Assembly (NCBI GenBank): GCA_013239625.1
Contig: MU056000.1
Coordinates: 8,738,970-8,802,969, forward strand
Length of the DNA: 64,000 bases
From: Lama guanicoe
Taxonomy: Eukaryota
Direction of reading: 5' to 3'
Below the pieces are notes generated by a model that was not told where the DNA came from, made no database searches, and saw only the letters and a program-made list of their open reading frames with translations. Positions 1-11,890 of the stretch are shown piece after piece (position 1 is the first letter of the stretch; each line of letters begins with the position of its first letter). Made by a program: the position numbers and the translations under genes.

Positions 1-484
1 ACTCTAAGAAGGTGATTGAGTCATTTTTTCTTTTTTTTCATTTTCCCCCCTTTCCTTCCTTTGTCTTTTGAGTAATAGTACAATTTTGGCTAATAAGCTG
101 TGGCTCCTCTCTCCCATCTGCCACAACCACCAGTCAAGCTGTGCAAAACAGGTCAGGGAACTCACTTACGACCTGTGACCTCCACTGCTTCGGTCTCTTG
201 TGTCATGCTGCTGGCCAGAAGGCAGTTAAGAGCCTATCTGAATTTGGGTTTCAGAAATTAATCAGAGGCCATTTTAGGCCTATAAATGTAGTCCACAGTC
301 CATAATTCAGTGTTAGTTCCATTAATAGATAGTGTTAATTTGCTTCCAATTTGAAATTTCTTTAGTGCAAATAGCTTTCAGAGTCTTTTGATGGAAGCAT
401 ACTTGCACTAGGGCAGATCTGAGCCCTCCTGCTTCTGAGATATTACATCTACTCTCTCCTTCCACACCACCATTGCCCCAAACA

Positions 485-498
485 CACGTGAGTCAGCA
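485..498 (+). promoter_or_regulatory. Overlapping E-box (CACGTG) and NF-E2/ARE-type site (GTGAGTCAGCA)
   Basis: CACGTG at 485-490 overlaps GTGAGTCAGCA at 488-498, which matches RTGASTCAGCA. Motif match only. Confidence 0.25.
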
Positions 499-1229
499 GA
501 ATTTTAGAGCGAGAAGAGATAAAATTCCTAGATTGTCAGCTCCCTGGTACCAGGGGTGGAGTCTTGTTTATTATTGTTGTTGTTACTGGGATTATTATTT
601 TAGTTCTTGGTTTATTGTCCAGTCCACAGTTAGTGCTCAAAAAATGACTATCACATGAATATAGTTCAACTCTCCTATGTTGTCAAAAGGGAAACGTCAC
701 TTAATGTAAAGGTCACCATTTTCCCATAATGTCATCTGTTGAGGATTAATTGCTATGTTTTTTTCCCAGATATTTTTTCCCAAGTTTATTTGTGACTTTA
801 TACCTCTGTCCTCTACTATCACGAATAGTCTGATGTTCTAATGCTGGTCAGTGGTATCATTTAGGTCTCACGATTTTCCAAAGCTTTTGGTAATCCTTAA
901 TGCATAAGGCGATATAACATAGTTTATTCATAGATATTTTCAGAATTAGGTTGTTTATTTTGGAGATCACAATACAGTCTCTCATTAAGTAAAGTAAATT
1001 AGCTCAATTGGTCTGAGTTGGTGGACCAGTGATCTCTTTCCTACCCTGATTCTACTAATTTTAGTAGAGAAGCTGATAATTGCTCCCCTTTTGTATTCTT
1101 TTTGTAGATAATCTGTAGCCTCCTGAAGTTCCAACCGTCTGCTTCTGCCTTTATTGATTTATTATCATTATTTTTTGGTAACATGTTACTCCTTTAATGC
1201 TGTTAACAGGACTGAAGTTTGGCCTTAAG

Positions 1230-1650
1230 AAACCTAATTTAGATGCTATGCTGAGTCTAACTTTCTAAGAATTTGAACTAGAAACCTTACAGTCTAGGCT
1301 AATTAACTTATGCTTGGTGTTGAACTTGAGTGATTGTTTGGATGAAAAGCCAGCGTGAACGATAGGGTATACTAAGCCACTGGGGGACAGAAAAGATGTA
1401 ACTCATTAGGAAATGTGTGTTTATGGAGACGTAGGAGAGTGCATTAGATGGCACAGCGAGAGCCAGAGATGAAAAGAGAGAGAGTTTCAGTTTCTAACTT
1501 TCAAACACCAGATCCAGGTACCTTGGGTGTGCATTTTTTCTATTTCCACAAATATTTAGAAGGTCATCTATGTGCCTTAACAAAATAAACTCCTATACCT
1601 ATATCAGCATGAATGTCTTTCTGTTACTGCAATTAAATGATAACAAACGC
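1230..1650 (+). mobile_element. Degenerate ERVL LTR (LTR33/LTR16-like)
   Basis: GAATTTGAACT near the start, GAGAGAGTTTCAGTTTC..CCAGATCCAG, AATAAACTCC poly(A) signal, and TTTCTGTTACTGCAA at the 3' end resemble the LTR16/33 layout. Confidence 0.5.
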
Positions 1651-2964
1651 ATTATAACTTTTGAAGCTTCAAGTCCACTATTAGAGATACCTTTTCTGAA
1701 AAGTATTCAAAAAATATTTTCATCTAACTTTCTTCCATTTTCTTTTGTAGCTGAGATTAGTACCACTAGAGATGACTTTCTTCAAGCCACTGTGTTTTCC
1801 AGTTCTTACTATGGTCGTTGGTTCCAAAGGGCACCTGTTCCATCAGACTTTGAAATATTGATAAGAAGCAGTGTCTAGCCAGTAAACCCCCCATGCATCA
1901 CTAGGAGAGTATTTGAAAGCTGGCTTCTTGCTCAGTTTTCTATTCTGCAAATGCATGTTGGCTTTAAAGGTCAAGAATGGCACCACAGGGATTTCTGATT
2001 GCATTATCCTGATTTCTCAGCTCTGAACCATTTTCTTTCCAAAGCTATAGAAGCAGAGGCTGTAAAATAAATTTAATCATTACCCTTTATGTATTACCCC
2101 CACTTCTTTGCCTGTCTGGCAAAGCGCCTGATATTGGCTGACAGTGGAAAAGAGCTTTTCAATTCTGTCTTGGAAGAAAGGGAAGGAGAAAATCAAATAA
2201 AGAAAACAGAGTACAATGGACTTCAAAATTCTACTGTCTGTTGTTTGCCAGTGACTGGTTTTCTAGAACACTGATCAAAGTTACTTAAAAAGGCAAAATC
2301 TGAGCTCCTACACACTTTCTTTCATTAATCAACATTTTCATTTATTTATGAAGAGGAATATATAACATTGAAATATTTCTTTATTTCTTCAAGATCAATT
2401 ATTTCTTTGCTTTTAAGAAATGTATTTTATTATAGGAAATACATACACCTAACCTGGAAATACCAGACACATGCCTGTATACAGACTTGTGTATAATATA
2501 AAATAGCTATTTAAAAGATGACTATTGTTTAGTATGACTTTAAGGAAAAGCACATGATCATGGTGAATAATTTATTCTCACATTTTTCGAAAAGTGTGTT
2601 TGTTTCTTCGGCTTAACACGCTCATCACAAGTTTAACATCTCATGTAAAACCTGCTCCTTTGATTGACTTTTCAAACTAGCCTATTCACAATTTTGTCCA
2701 GGTTTCATTCATGTTTAAATATGAATCCCTTATATTCTGGGTTTCCTTCTTGTGTATAGAAATGCTATTCCCCGATAATATGTTTCTAGGCATGTATTTC
2801 TTACAAGCTTGACTATACTTTTTCCTGTTCCAATAACGTCTTAATGTCAATGTGAGACATTGCAGTCATGTGCTGCTCTTGTCTGCCCACTGCATCTTTC
2901 TCTTTGACTTTTTTCGCTCTCTGGCGATGCCGTTACAGAAACACGTCTTTCCCACTTAATGTAC

Positions 2965-3080
2965 TCCTGGTGGGAGAATCAACACAGATGCTCACTGCCC
3001 CTTGACCAATGGGTAGGCATCTAACCCAAGCCAGGCTAATGATTTGCAAACAGGAATTTGAAATGAACTTTGAGAAACAA
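2965..3080 (+). mobile_element. ERVL LTR fragment (LTR16/LTR33-like)
   Basis: GGGTAGGCATCTAACCCAAGCCAGGCTAATG..GGAATTTGAA resembles the conserved GGGCACCTGACCCAAGCTGGGCCAAT motif. Confidence 0.4.
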
Positions 3081-5675
3081 AATCACAGAAAGCAGCAGCT
3101 CAGTGGCCCCACAGTGCTTTGTTCACTGTCAGTTATTTGGAGACTTTACTTCATTTCTGATGCAATTTTAATGCACTTGCCTTCAATCTCATTTTTAATT
3201 GAGGGGTGCCTCTGTGGCTTATGGCTTCAAGCAGTTGTGACTTTACTGGCGGGGTTGGGATTGAAGTAGAGATGGGGTGTGAACATCTGTCTCACACAAA
3301 TACTTTCCTCTTTCTAGGGTTTTCCTAGGGTTGTAGTTTTTAAAAAAGGAAAGGAAAACAGTGAGCTCTACTCATGGTGTGAATTGAATAGTCCCCTCTT
3401 GCTGTTCAGGTTCTGAATCATTGTTATCCTACATATGAAATCTCAAGTCAGGACTTTGAAATGGAAGTGAACTTATCTAACTCAGCTCACTACCCTACCT
3501 CACACCAACCACACAGGGGAACAGGAGAAAAGGGGAAGGGAGGCCAAGCACACTGCAGACTCTGATTCTCAAAATAAGTGATTCCCTACCTCCTGCCTGC
3601 CTTCACAATCCTCTTTACAAAAGAGTCGGGACATCTGTTTCTCAACTTCCTGTGCATTGTTGCATTAGATATTTTGAGTGATCCTGCAAATTCAAACAAG
3701 TAAAATGCTGCATAAGATACATTTAAGGAGAATATATTTATGAATGGACATAAAACAAGGAATCTTTGGATCCCCCAAATATAGTGAAAGCAGAATCTCT
3801 GGGAGAGAAGTGAGGGCTGGAATTAACTTTCACTCAGAGGGTTTATGGAAGCCTCAAATTTTCATTTTAATAGCCAGTTATGCCACGTATGACAGCTGAA
3901 AACATTTAGGGTTTCCTTAATGTGAGGAAGCTGATAGGATGAATAAGAATGAGACTTGCCACCCAACAGGGTGATCTGGATCCTTCCAAATCCAGAACAA
4001 GATGGATGATCAAGATAATGAAGTAGCTGAGACTTCAGAACAATTCGAATGTGAAACGTATCCCAGCCTAGACACATTCCAGAGAAGCTGTAGGACCCCA
4101 AGGCAAAAGAGAAGATCTTAAAAAGTGGTGGATAAGTTTGGATAGGTGAGCCTCTTTAGAGTGGGTAGACTAGCAGCCTCTCTATTGCAACAAAGAAGGT
4201 GGAGCTTGATGGAGTTACGGCTGCGCTGAATTCAAGGAAAATGTCTGTTAACCTAGGATGCTAGCCCGACAAATGATCTTTTAGGAAAGAAGGTGAATAA
4301 GGACATCTTTAGATACAAAAACGGTTTACTAGTAACTACCTTCCTCAGACAGGGGAAAATGGATAATTTCCAACAGAAGGAGGAAGGGTGAGTAAAGATA
4401 TTTGTGAAAAAGAGAGCAAAATTTAGTAAATACTGATGGCATAGAAGCAAATGATGGATAAAGCCATAATCTGATGTTAGTTAAATTAAAAAAAATTGTG
4501 CATAATAGATTTAAATCTATTAATTAAATAGGTGAAGACAGAATAAAGAAGCAGAAAGAAAATATAACACCCCAACAAGAAAAGGAGACAAAATAATGTT
4601 TGAATGATGACACTGAGTTCATATAGAAGGTGGGCAGGGTGGGGAGGATGCACAGCAGGTCCAGTGATGACCCCACCTCATCTGGAATAATTCTGGGGGA
4701 GAGGAAAGAGGGCTGGTATTGATACAGGTGGATCTTATGTGAAGCCAGGGTTGTGAGCCACTTGTACTTGCTGCAACTTTCATATTTTCTTTGGTACAAA
4801 GTGTAGAGACTGAATTTTTTTAATTGAAAAGCATTTCCTATTGTAATGGTCTATAACATTGGGTTATTCTATTCACTACAGAGCACATCTTAGAAAATAA
4901 AAAAATTACTGAATTTTACTCTTGTATGTAAATCAAATATCTTGCAACATAAATCTCAAAACCTTGTTTCAGTGTGTTTCAATATTCCTTTCCTTAAAGG
5001 AAAGAAATATTGTGCAAATACTTCCTTCTGAGAACTTGTTTTCATCTTAAAATGTTACTGTTTTTAAATGTGGATTCTCCAGATGTCAACAAAAATGGTC
5101 TTAAGCCAAAAGGAAGGAGTTAGTTTCCTCAAAAATTTGCACCATAATTATGATTATGTTGTCTTAGAAAAATTTCTAATTTTCATTTAATGAACATATG
5201 ACAATATATTTAGTGAAATAAACTTACTCAAACGTCCTTTCATATTTATTTGTTTTTGTAGACAGGTGACATTAATTGATTAGAAAATGAAAAAGCTACT
5301 TTATAATTTAAGGTTTTAATCAAAGTAATTAGAACTCTGAGTGATTCAATTATTTGATTTGATTAATTTGATGCATTCTAATGTTTTTATTTAGAGAAAT
5401 CAAACAGTTGGGTGAAACTGTAACAAGATGAGGATATCAAAAGTAAAGCGTAGCTTTAGGGACACGGAAATCTAGACTGTCTTACATCTGGATATTAACA
5501 TTAAAAATGTTGAAATTAACATTATAATTTCCCAAACTTTCTAGTATGTTGAACTACGTAAAATAAAGAATAAGGACTGTGTTTATGGGTATTTTTAATT
5601 AAATTAAGTTATTCTTTATAAACTGAATTTTTTTATAAGTCTGTCATCTTTCTTGTTCAGCCTTGTAAATAATAT

Positions 5676-5756
5676 TTTTTTTAAATTGAAGTATAGTCAG
5701 TTTTTAATGTTGTGTTAATTTTTGGTGTACAATATATTGATTCAGTAATATACATA
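5676..5756 (-). mobile_element. Short L1 3' end (artiodactyl type)
   Basis: T-run followed by AAATTGAAGTATAGTCAGTT..AATGTTGTGTTAATTTTTGGTGTACA..GATTCAGT, the reverse complement of an L1 3' terminus. Confidence 0.75.
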
Positions 5757-6438
5757 ATAGTATTTTTTGATCATATTAGCTGAGATATTTTTTCTCTGCA
5801 TGAAGCCTTATGTTAAGAAATGTATCTGTTTGATTTTAGAGTGTTTAAAAACATCTCCTCATATGTTGTTTGCCTTAGATTAATATCCAATCATTTTAAG
5901 CCCCTGATTTTCTGAATTTTATCTTTCATATTGCTATGTCTCTGAGGATCAAATAGGCATTCACAACTTCTTCCATAACTCTTGATTTCACAATGCATTG
6001 CTGTCCCACAGAGCCATGGGCTAACTTAATGAATGAATGATTTATTTACTTACTTCTTGTAACCAGTATCTATCTTCTTTGCTTCTCCTTTGACTATGTG
6101 TTTCAATTAAAAAAAAATAAAACTCTTTGTTACAACTAGAATAAATTAAGTTTTGATCTGAATATACACAATACTACACTTTAATTAAAGATAGGTAGTA
6201 CACAGTTTTTTTCCCCCCAGATGATTTTTATCTGGTTAAGTTCTGCCAACAATATATTTTGTTACCATCTAAACGTGGTTTTATTCTCACGTTCATTTAT
6301 TATTACAAAGGTCTTTAAATACTGTCTGCCCATCAAGAATCTGGAAGAACTCAGCTTGCATTATGTGGCAGCTAAACCTTTACATTTCCAAGTGAGTTTA
6401 AAAGAATATCAACCAGACAAAGAGGACACATTGAGTGT

Positions 6439-7040
6439 GTGTGAAATGAGACAGAAACAAGGCCATCCCATGGCCACAGAAACCCCAGACATCTCCCACT
6501 TCTGTATGACATGCACGTGTTTGTTTTCTAGCCTTGACTCTTCCTTCCTTCAGTATCTTAGAGAAATATTATTGAAATGTATGTATGTTAATATTACTAT
6601 TATGTTAATAATAATCATATAATACTAATTTTATATTGTATATTGTAATATACATAATATATAATTATATAAACGTTTGTATATCATATACATTATGTAA
6701 AATAATATATCATATCATAATAAATGCATGTTTATTTATATAATTACTTATATATTTATACGATATATTTATATGACATAATTATAATTCTATCTATTCT
6801 TATAATTAAATATAAAATAATTAAGAACATTATCATTATTTGTGTTATTATCATAAAATTGCCCCTCTTGTTTGACAGCCTGAATGCAGGACTGGCCCCC
6901 CGCTTCCTTAAACACTGGCCTTAGAATTACTCAAATATTCTGTGAATCCCTTTCCAAGTCCCTCTTACTGAGATGCCCCGCAGTTGCTCTGGCCTGTGTT
7001 CACCCTTGCTGTACGAGTCAATAAGCCTGACTTGGTTCAT
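6439..7040 (+). mobile_element. ERV1 solo LTR (MER31/MER67-like) interrupted by an AT-rich tract
   Basis: 3' part ACTGAGATGCCCC..TGTGTTCACCCTTGCTGTACGAGTCAATAAGCCTGACTTG resembles MER31/67 R-U5. The 5' part starts TGTGAAATGAGAC. Confidence 0.55.
6565..6855. repeat. AT-rich low-complexity tract (degenerate TA/TAA/TATA)
   Basis: About 290 bp of mostly A/T with repeated ATAT/ATTAT/ATAAT units. Confidence 0.85.
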
Positions 7041-7104
7041 GTAGTCATTTCATGTTTTACTACAGGCATAGCATTCATTTAATCAGATCTGAGGACGAGC
7101 GCCA

Positions 7105-7290
7105 TGTGGAGCGTATCCTCACTTCCTTGTTAACCTCGGAAAGGCAGTTAGCTGAGCCCCTCTGAGCCTGAAAGGCCTTATCTATGTTGCGGGGATCAGT
7201 TTCAACCCTGTCATTTGTGTTGCTTTGGGGATCAAATGAGAAGGTAATGGTGTATCAGTTATCAAGTGCTACGCAAACTTCAGTTGCTAA
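7105..7290 (+). mobile_element. MIR SINE (degenerate)
   Basis: CCCCTCTGAGCCTG..CCTTATCTATG..TGTTGCTTTGGGGATCAAATGAGA follows the MIR core. Confidence 0.55.
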
Positions 7291-7689
7291 TGTCATCACA
7301 TTCCATTATCATACTATTTAGGCAAAATTCCATTTTTGCTCACCCAGTGCCCACTGAGCTCTGGCCTTCTGCGTTAGCTCTCATGAATAGAAAATACTGC
7401 TTTCCGCACTGCACCTAGCAATGCCTGATTGCTTGACATGTGTCATCAATACTTTATTTATTAAAGATGTAGGGCTCAAAAATAAATGGCGATAGTTTTT
7501 CTACATACTCCCATGGTTTTTATGGTTGATGTATTTTGGTTGACTCTATTGACCCTGATTTTAAATATTTTATATGAAGCAGAGTATAGCAGACAAGTTC
7601 GCCATCAATAAGAATGTTATGTTTCCTGTATACTGTGTACTGCTTCCCTTTAAACTAAGTGAGTTACCCGAACACATCAGACTTCTGTA

Positions 7690-7836
7690 GTCCTGGTTCT
7701 TAAGCAAAAGCAGGATTGCATTTCAGACCTAATAAATCAATATCCCTAAGGCTGGAACCCAACAATCTGCACATTTCAGAAGTCCTCCGGCCTCCTGAGC
7801 ACACTGAAGAGACGGATTCTGCTGGAAGGTCTAGAC
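7690..7836. mobile_element. MER5A-like hAT-Charlie MITE fragment
   Basis: CAGACCTAATAAATCAATATCCCTAAGGCTGGAACCCAACAATCTGCA..GCACACTGAAG..GGTCTAGA resembles MER5A. Confidence 0.5.
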
Positions 7837-8176
7837 AACTCTGCTCTTGACAAATCAGATATACATCTTAAATTTCTAAAAAGATTTCACCTGTGGCATA
7901 AAATCTCACCTTTCAAATCACAGAAGAAAAAAAATCCACAAATCAAAACTATTATCAAATAATCTGAACATTTTGTTATAAGATTTCCTAAAATACCATA
8001 ATATTTCAAGCAAAAAAATTCATGAAGAAAAGTAAAAATTTTCTTACTCCAAAATAAAGTGATGTAAAAATTATTTGTCTGTAATTTGTGACATCTGTAG
8101 TAGATTAAAAATTCTCCAACTTTCCATAGCCCTACTATGTTTATAACCAGTTTTAAAAATGATCAGGAATGTAGAA

Positions 8177-8525
8177 TAGGGAACAGAAAGCTCTTCTATA
8201 ACAGGTCACATGGTAAATATTCTAGACTCTTCAGCCATCCATCTTCTGTGTCAACTACTCGAGTCTGTCCTTGTAGTTCAAAAGCAGTCCTGGAAAACAA
8301 CTGAATGGGTATGGATGTGTTTCAGTAAAAATCAGTTTAGCAGAGGGAGGGTATAGCTCAGTGGTAGAGTGTGTGCTTATCATACAGGAGGTCCTGGGTT
8401 CAGTCCCCAGTACCTCCATTTAAAAAGCTTAAGTAAATAAGTGAATGAATAAACCTAATTATGTCCCCGCCCCGCAAGAATTCAATTTAGCAAAACAAGC
8501 CCCGGTCTTAGTGTGCCAATCCCTG
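8177..8525 (+). mobile_element. MER58A hAT-Charlie element, interrupted by a SINE
   Basis: GGTAAATATTCTAGACT..CAACTACTCGAGTCTG..TTGTAGTTCAAAAGCAG..GAATGGGTATGGATGTGTTTCAGTAAAA and terminal TGCCAATCCCTG match MER58A. Confidence 0.8.
8343..8475 (+). mobile_element. Camelid tRNA-derived SINE (Vic-1 type)
   Basis: GGGAGGGTATAGCTCAGTGGTAGAG (A box), GGTTCAGTCCC (B box), tail AATAAACCTAATTATGTCCCC. Imperfect TSD AATCAGTTTAGCA / ATTCAATTTAGCA. Confidence 0.9.
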
Positions 8526-9719
8526 ACATCGAAGTTACTCTCTTTTTCACTGATTATCGTCAAGAAACCTAAATGTTGACAAATTCTTGAGACCATATGA
8601 AGGCTTGGCATATGTTACAAGACCTCAGGAATCCCAGAATTGAAATCTCAGTGCTTTAGGATGCTTGTTTTCTAGATATTTTTTCCTAATAAGTGCAGTT
8701 TTGTTTTATTTTTCTGTTTCTTTAACAGTTTAACTTATCTTGCATCCAGTACTATTGTAATTGCAAAACAAGTGTAGCATCCAACAGACAGAAGAACAGT
8801 TGTTTACCGATCCTTCTCAGTGTTCGTGTATAAGCTAATTTAGTCATAAGCAAACAAGATCTTTTATTAGGATTATCTGTTTATCCTATAATCACTCAAA
8901 TGAGTTATTTTCAGGGATAGATTTAATTCAGCATTAAATAGTGACCTAAATGTTAATCTTTCTTCTTACTTGAAATATTTTATAGTGCTACACTGTGACA
9001 TGGGATTAGAGCATGTAAATATTCATATCACCTGTCGGTTTGTATACTTCTTCATTTGAAAATAGTGTCATCATTAAGAAAATGATATAGTAAAATTAGT
9101 GTCTTTTCCTTTGATGCACACATTTGGGCTGTATTAGCATAACGTGTGATCCAGAAAACACATTTCTAAAAGCCTTGCATTCAGAAATGTCACAAATATC
9201 AAGAGCTTTCTGAAAGTCTGAATCACAGGAGCACCCGGAAAGCTGTACATTTTGAAATATGCCATGATCCATGTATGGTAAGAACTGTCTTTTAAACAAA
9301 ACTAACATTATCCAATCAAAAATTTCACTTGTCATACAAAAATTTGACTCTTAGAAAATGCCTTCTTTTTCTATTATGGAAGCTGGCAGCTCTTTAATTT
9401 GGGCTTCCTTGCATATGCCTTATTATTCCAAGGAAAAATTTCACTTATCGTTATTAAATTACGTGTTTCTCTTAATAGAATACGTGGAGATCCCAACAGA
9501 ATCACTCACTTGGAATTCACCCACCAACTCTGACTAAAGTACTCTTTGGATGTGATAACAAAGAGGTGTGTGCTTTTCACTGAGTACAAGAAATTAGTGT
9601 GCAGAACTAAGCTGCACTGATCCCGAGCGGCACCTGGCTTGACAGGCTTGACAAAGCAAAGTTTATTAATTGCTTTTTCTTCCCTGTAATGTTGGTTCCA
9701 AACTTTGGGAGTCCCCCAG

Positions 9720-10082
9720 GTGGAATCTGAAACTGGCTTTCACACATGGAGGGCAAAAAGCGAGTGGAGAAAAAGGCAGATCACTCCAGATTGCTAGACA
9801 ATTTTAACAAGCATGGGAATTTACCTGCCAGGCTTGGGCATCACAAGATTTGTAGACCACACTTGCCCACCAGCATCCGCACAGTTTATAGAGAGGACTA
9901 AAGTGGGTTCAGTCGCAGACACGTTCAGGTGGTCTCAACAGCATGCTGCCCCCTCAAGGCTGCGTCCTTGAAAAGGGCTCAGGATACGGGGACTGTGGGC
10001 GGGAGGTACATTCCAAGGACAGGGAAGCCTTGGATGGGGAGCCTTTGGTGGCTAGCAGGTCCTCTTATGATCTCTTCCAATC
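9720..10082 (-). mobile_element. MER74-like ERVL solo LTR
   Basis: Reverse complement contains CTGTCCTTGGAATGTAC, CAAGGACGCAGCCTTGAG, GTTGAGACCACCTG, GACTGAACCC, CTCTATAAAC and CAATCTGGAGTGATCTGCCT in MER74 order. Confidence 0.75.
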
Positions 10083-10509
10083 TGTATCACTTTTCAACCC
10101 CCTGCTCATGTTTCTTTTCCATTCCAGGTTAAACTGCTTGACCTTCCAGCTTTGTCAGGGCATCTGCCTTTGGAGTAATTCAGTCGCAGTGCAAAATTGA
10201 TAAATGTCCTTTTTGTTACAATTGTTTTATCAACAGTGATTGTGTTACTCTGTGATAACAAACCGAAATATAACTTCCAACATTTTGGACTATTTTAAAT
10301 TGATTAATAAATAAGCTTTTTGAGTATTTGGACACTTTCTAAGAGAGATTTAGAGAGATTCAAATCCATATAAAGAAAAAGCCAAAGTACTTGGTCCCAA
10401 AGCAGTGTTTTTCTTTTCTTTTCTTTTTCTGTATAAAAACATTGCAAATTATAAATAAGAGGATACATTCGAAGTGATATGAGTTACTTATAAGATGCTT
10501 AAAATTAGT

Positions 10510-10620
10510 CTATATATATTTTTTCTCTTTTTTCATTTTCATTATAGATTATTACAAGATATTGAATATAGTTCCCTGTGCCATTCAGTATATTTTATTA
10601 CATGTTTGTTTATGTATTTT
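10510..10620 (-). mobile_element. L1 3' UTR fragment (artiodactyl type)
   Basis: CATTATAGATTATTACAAGATATTGAATATAGTTCCCTGTGC is typical of this L1 3' UTR. Confidence 0.75.
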
Positions 10621-11699
10621 AAGAACATGCATATGTGCATATTGTCATTATTCATCAAAGTAACTTGTAAATAATAAAGAGAAATGAAACTAACTTGGAA
10701 GAAAATTGTTCTTAAACAGAAACAGAACATATCAGCATGTCCTGCCTACAAAACAGATGTTCTCAGCAGAGCACTCTCATTTCCTGAGAACCTGTTAACT
10801 TGCTGAGCTTTTGATATGAATTTTGTCAGGTTCTAGAATTGTTTTTAATAAAATTTCCCAACTTCTTCAAAAGGGAAAAATTGGAGTAACTGTTGATCTT
10901 CTTCATTTGAAGAAATATTGTGTAACAGATTAATTATGTAACAAGATGGCAACTATTTCTTGTCCTGAGGCACCCAAGGAAGACATATTCATTTATTGCT
11001 GTGACATTGTCTCTTCTGATAACTGTTTTTGATATTATCTTCCTAAAATCAGGCCCTGAGTTAAAGGTGGCTGCTGCATAGCACCAAAGCTTACCCTAGA
11101 AAGTCATGAGTAAGGAAGAAGGCTAAAGTAAGTTGGTATAAAAAACATGTATGTTGTCTATTTTTAATTAGCTCAACAAGGCAATGAAAGGTCTTTTTAT
11201 CAAGAGCATACTTTTAACATAAATAAGTTTCAGCCATATTATATTTTACAACTGATATAAATCTATTCTAATCATAATTCACATAGAAACTCTAGCACCT
11301 TATTTGTTAGCAAACTGATTGTTAAGAAAATATTGTTTCTAGGAATAAAACACACTTGCTAACATTGAAAATCTTAATATAAGCCTTGTAAGATAGATTA
11401 TAAAGTCTGGGAAATTTGCAAATGCCCTCACTGGTCTTAAGGTCTTCTAACTCTCCGGGTAACCGTGAACTGACTGCACGTGTATAGTTGTATTTCATAC
11501 CCTGATCAGGAATTCCGTTTTCCTCCATTCTGACCTTGTCTTATTTCAATAGGGGGTTGGCATTACTCTTTTGTTACAGCTTAAAGGCTTCTGCTACAAG
11601 TTACAAAGAAGAAGTTAAATGTCTTGGGAGAACAAATGAGGCCAGTTTCTCAGAACGTTGGGAGAAAGGGTTGTAGCAAGTACTCATGATGGTTGATGT

Positions 11700-11890
11700 A
11701 AGAAGTAGGACCCCGCGCTCAGGCTCCCAGCACCACACGACCCTGATTTCGGAGCGGATGTCTCACAGCGCGGACCCAAGTCAGGATTTCCAGGTTTACT
11801 GCTGAAGCAGGTAATTCCATGGGGTGAGCTGCTGACTCAAGATCAGAAGAGTAAGAATTGTGTACATCTGATTGGTGCTGAAGAGGAAAG
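11700..11890. promoter_or_regulatory. Candidate promoter/enhancer: CpG cluster, MARE/AP-1 and CCAAT box
   Basis: Seven CpGs in 11714-11772, TGCTGACTCA at 11830-11839, CTGATTGG (CCAATCAG on minus) at 11868-11875, in non-repeat sequence. Confidence 0.35.

Noticed and set aside
8343..8420. tRNA-like sequence (also at 14850, 40310-40385 and 53090-53162)
   Set aside because: These are SINE heads: each continues into the shared SINE tail, most have TSDs, and the stems are degenerate.
10752..10796. Small hairpin AACAG..GTTCTCAG / CTGAGAAC CTGTT (similar one at 57334-57361)
   Set aside because: 8-bp stems are expected by chance in 64 kb.
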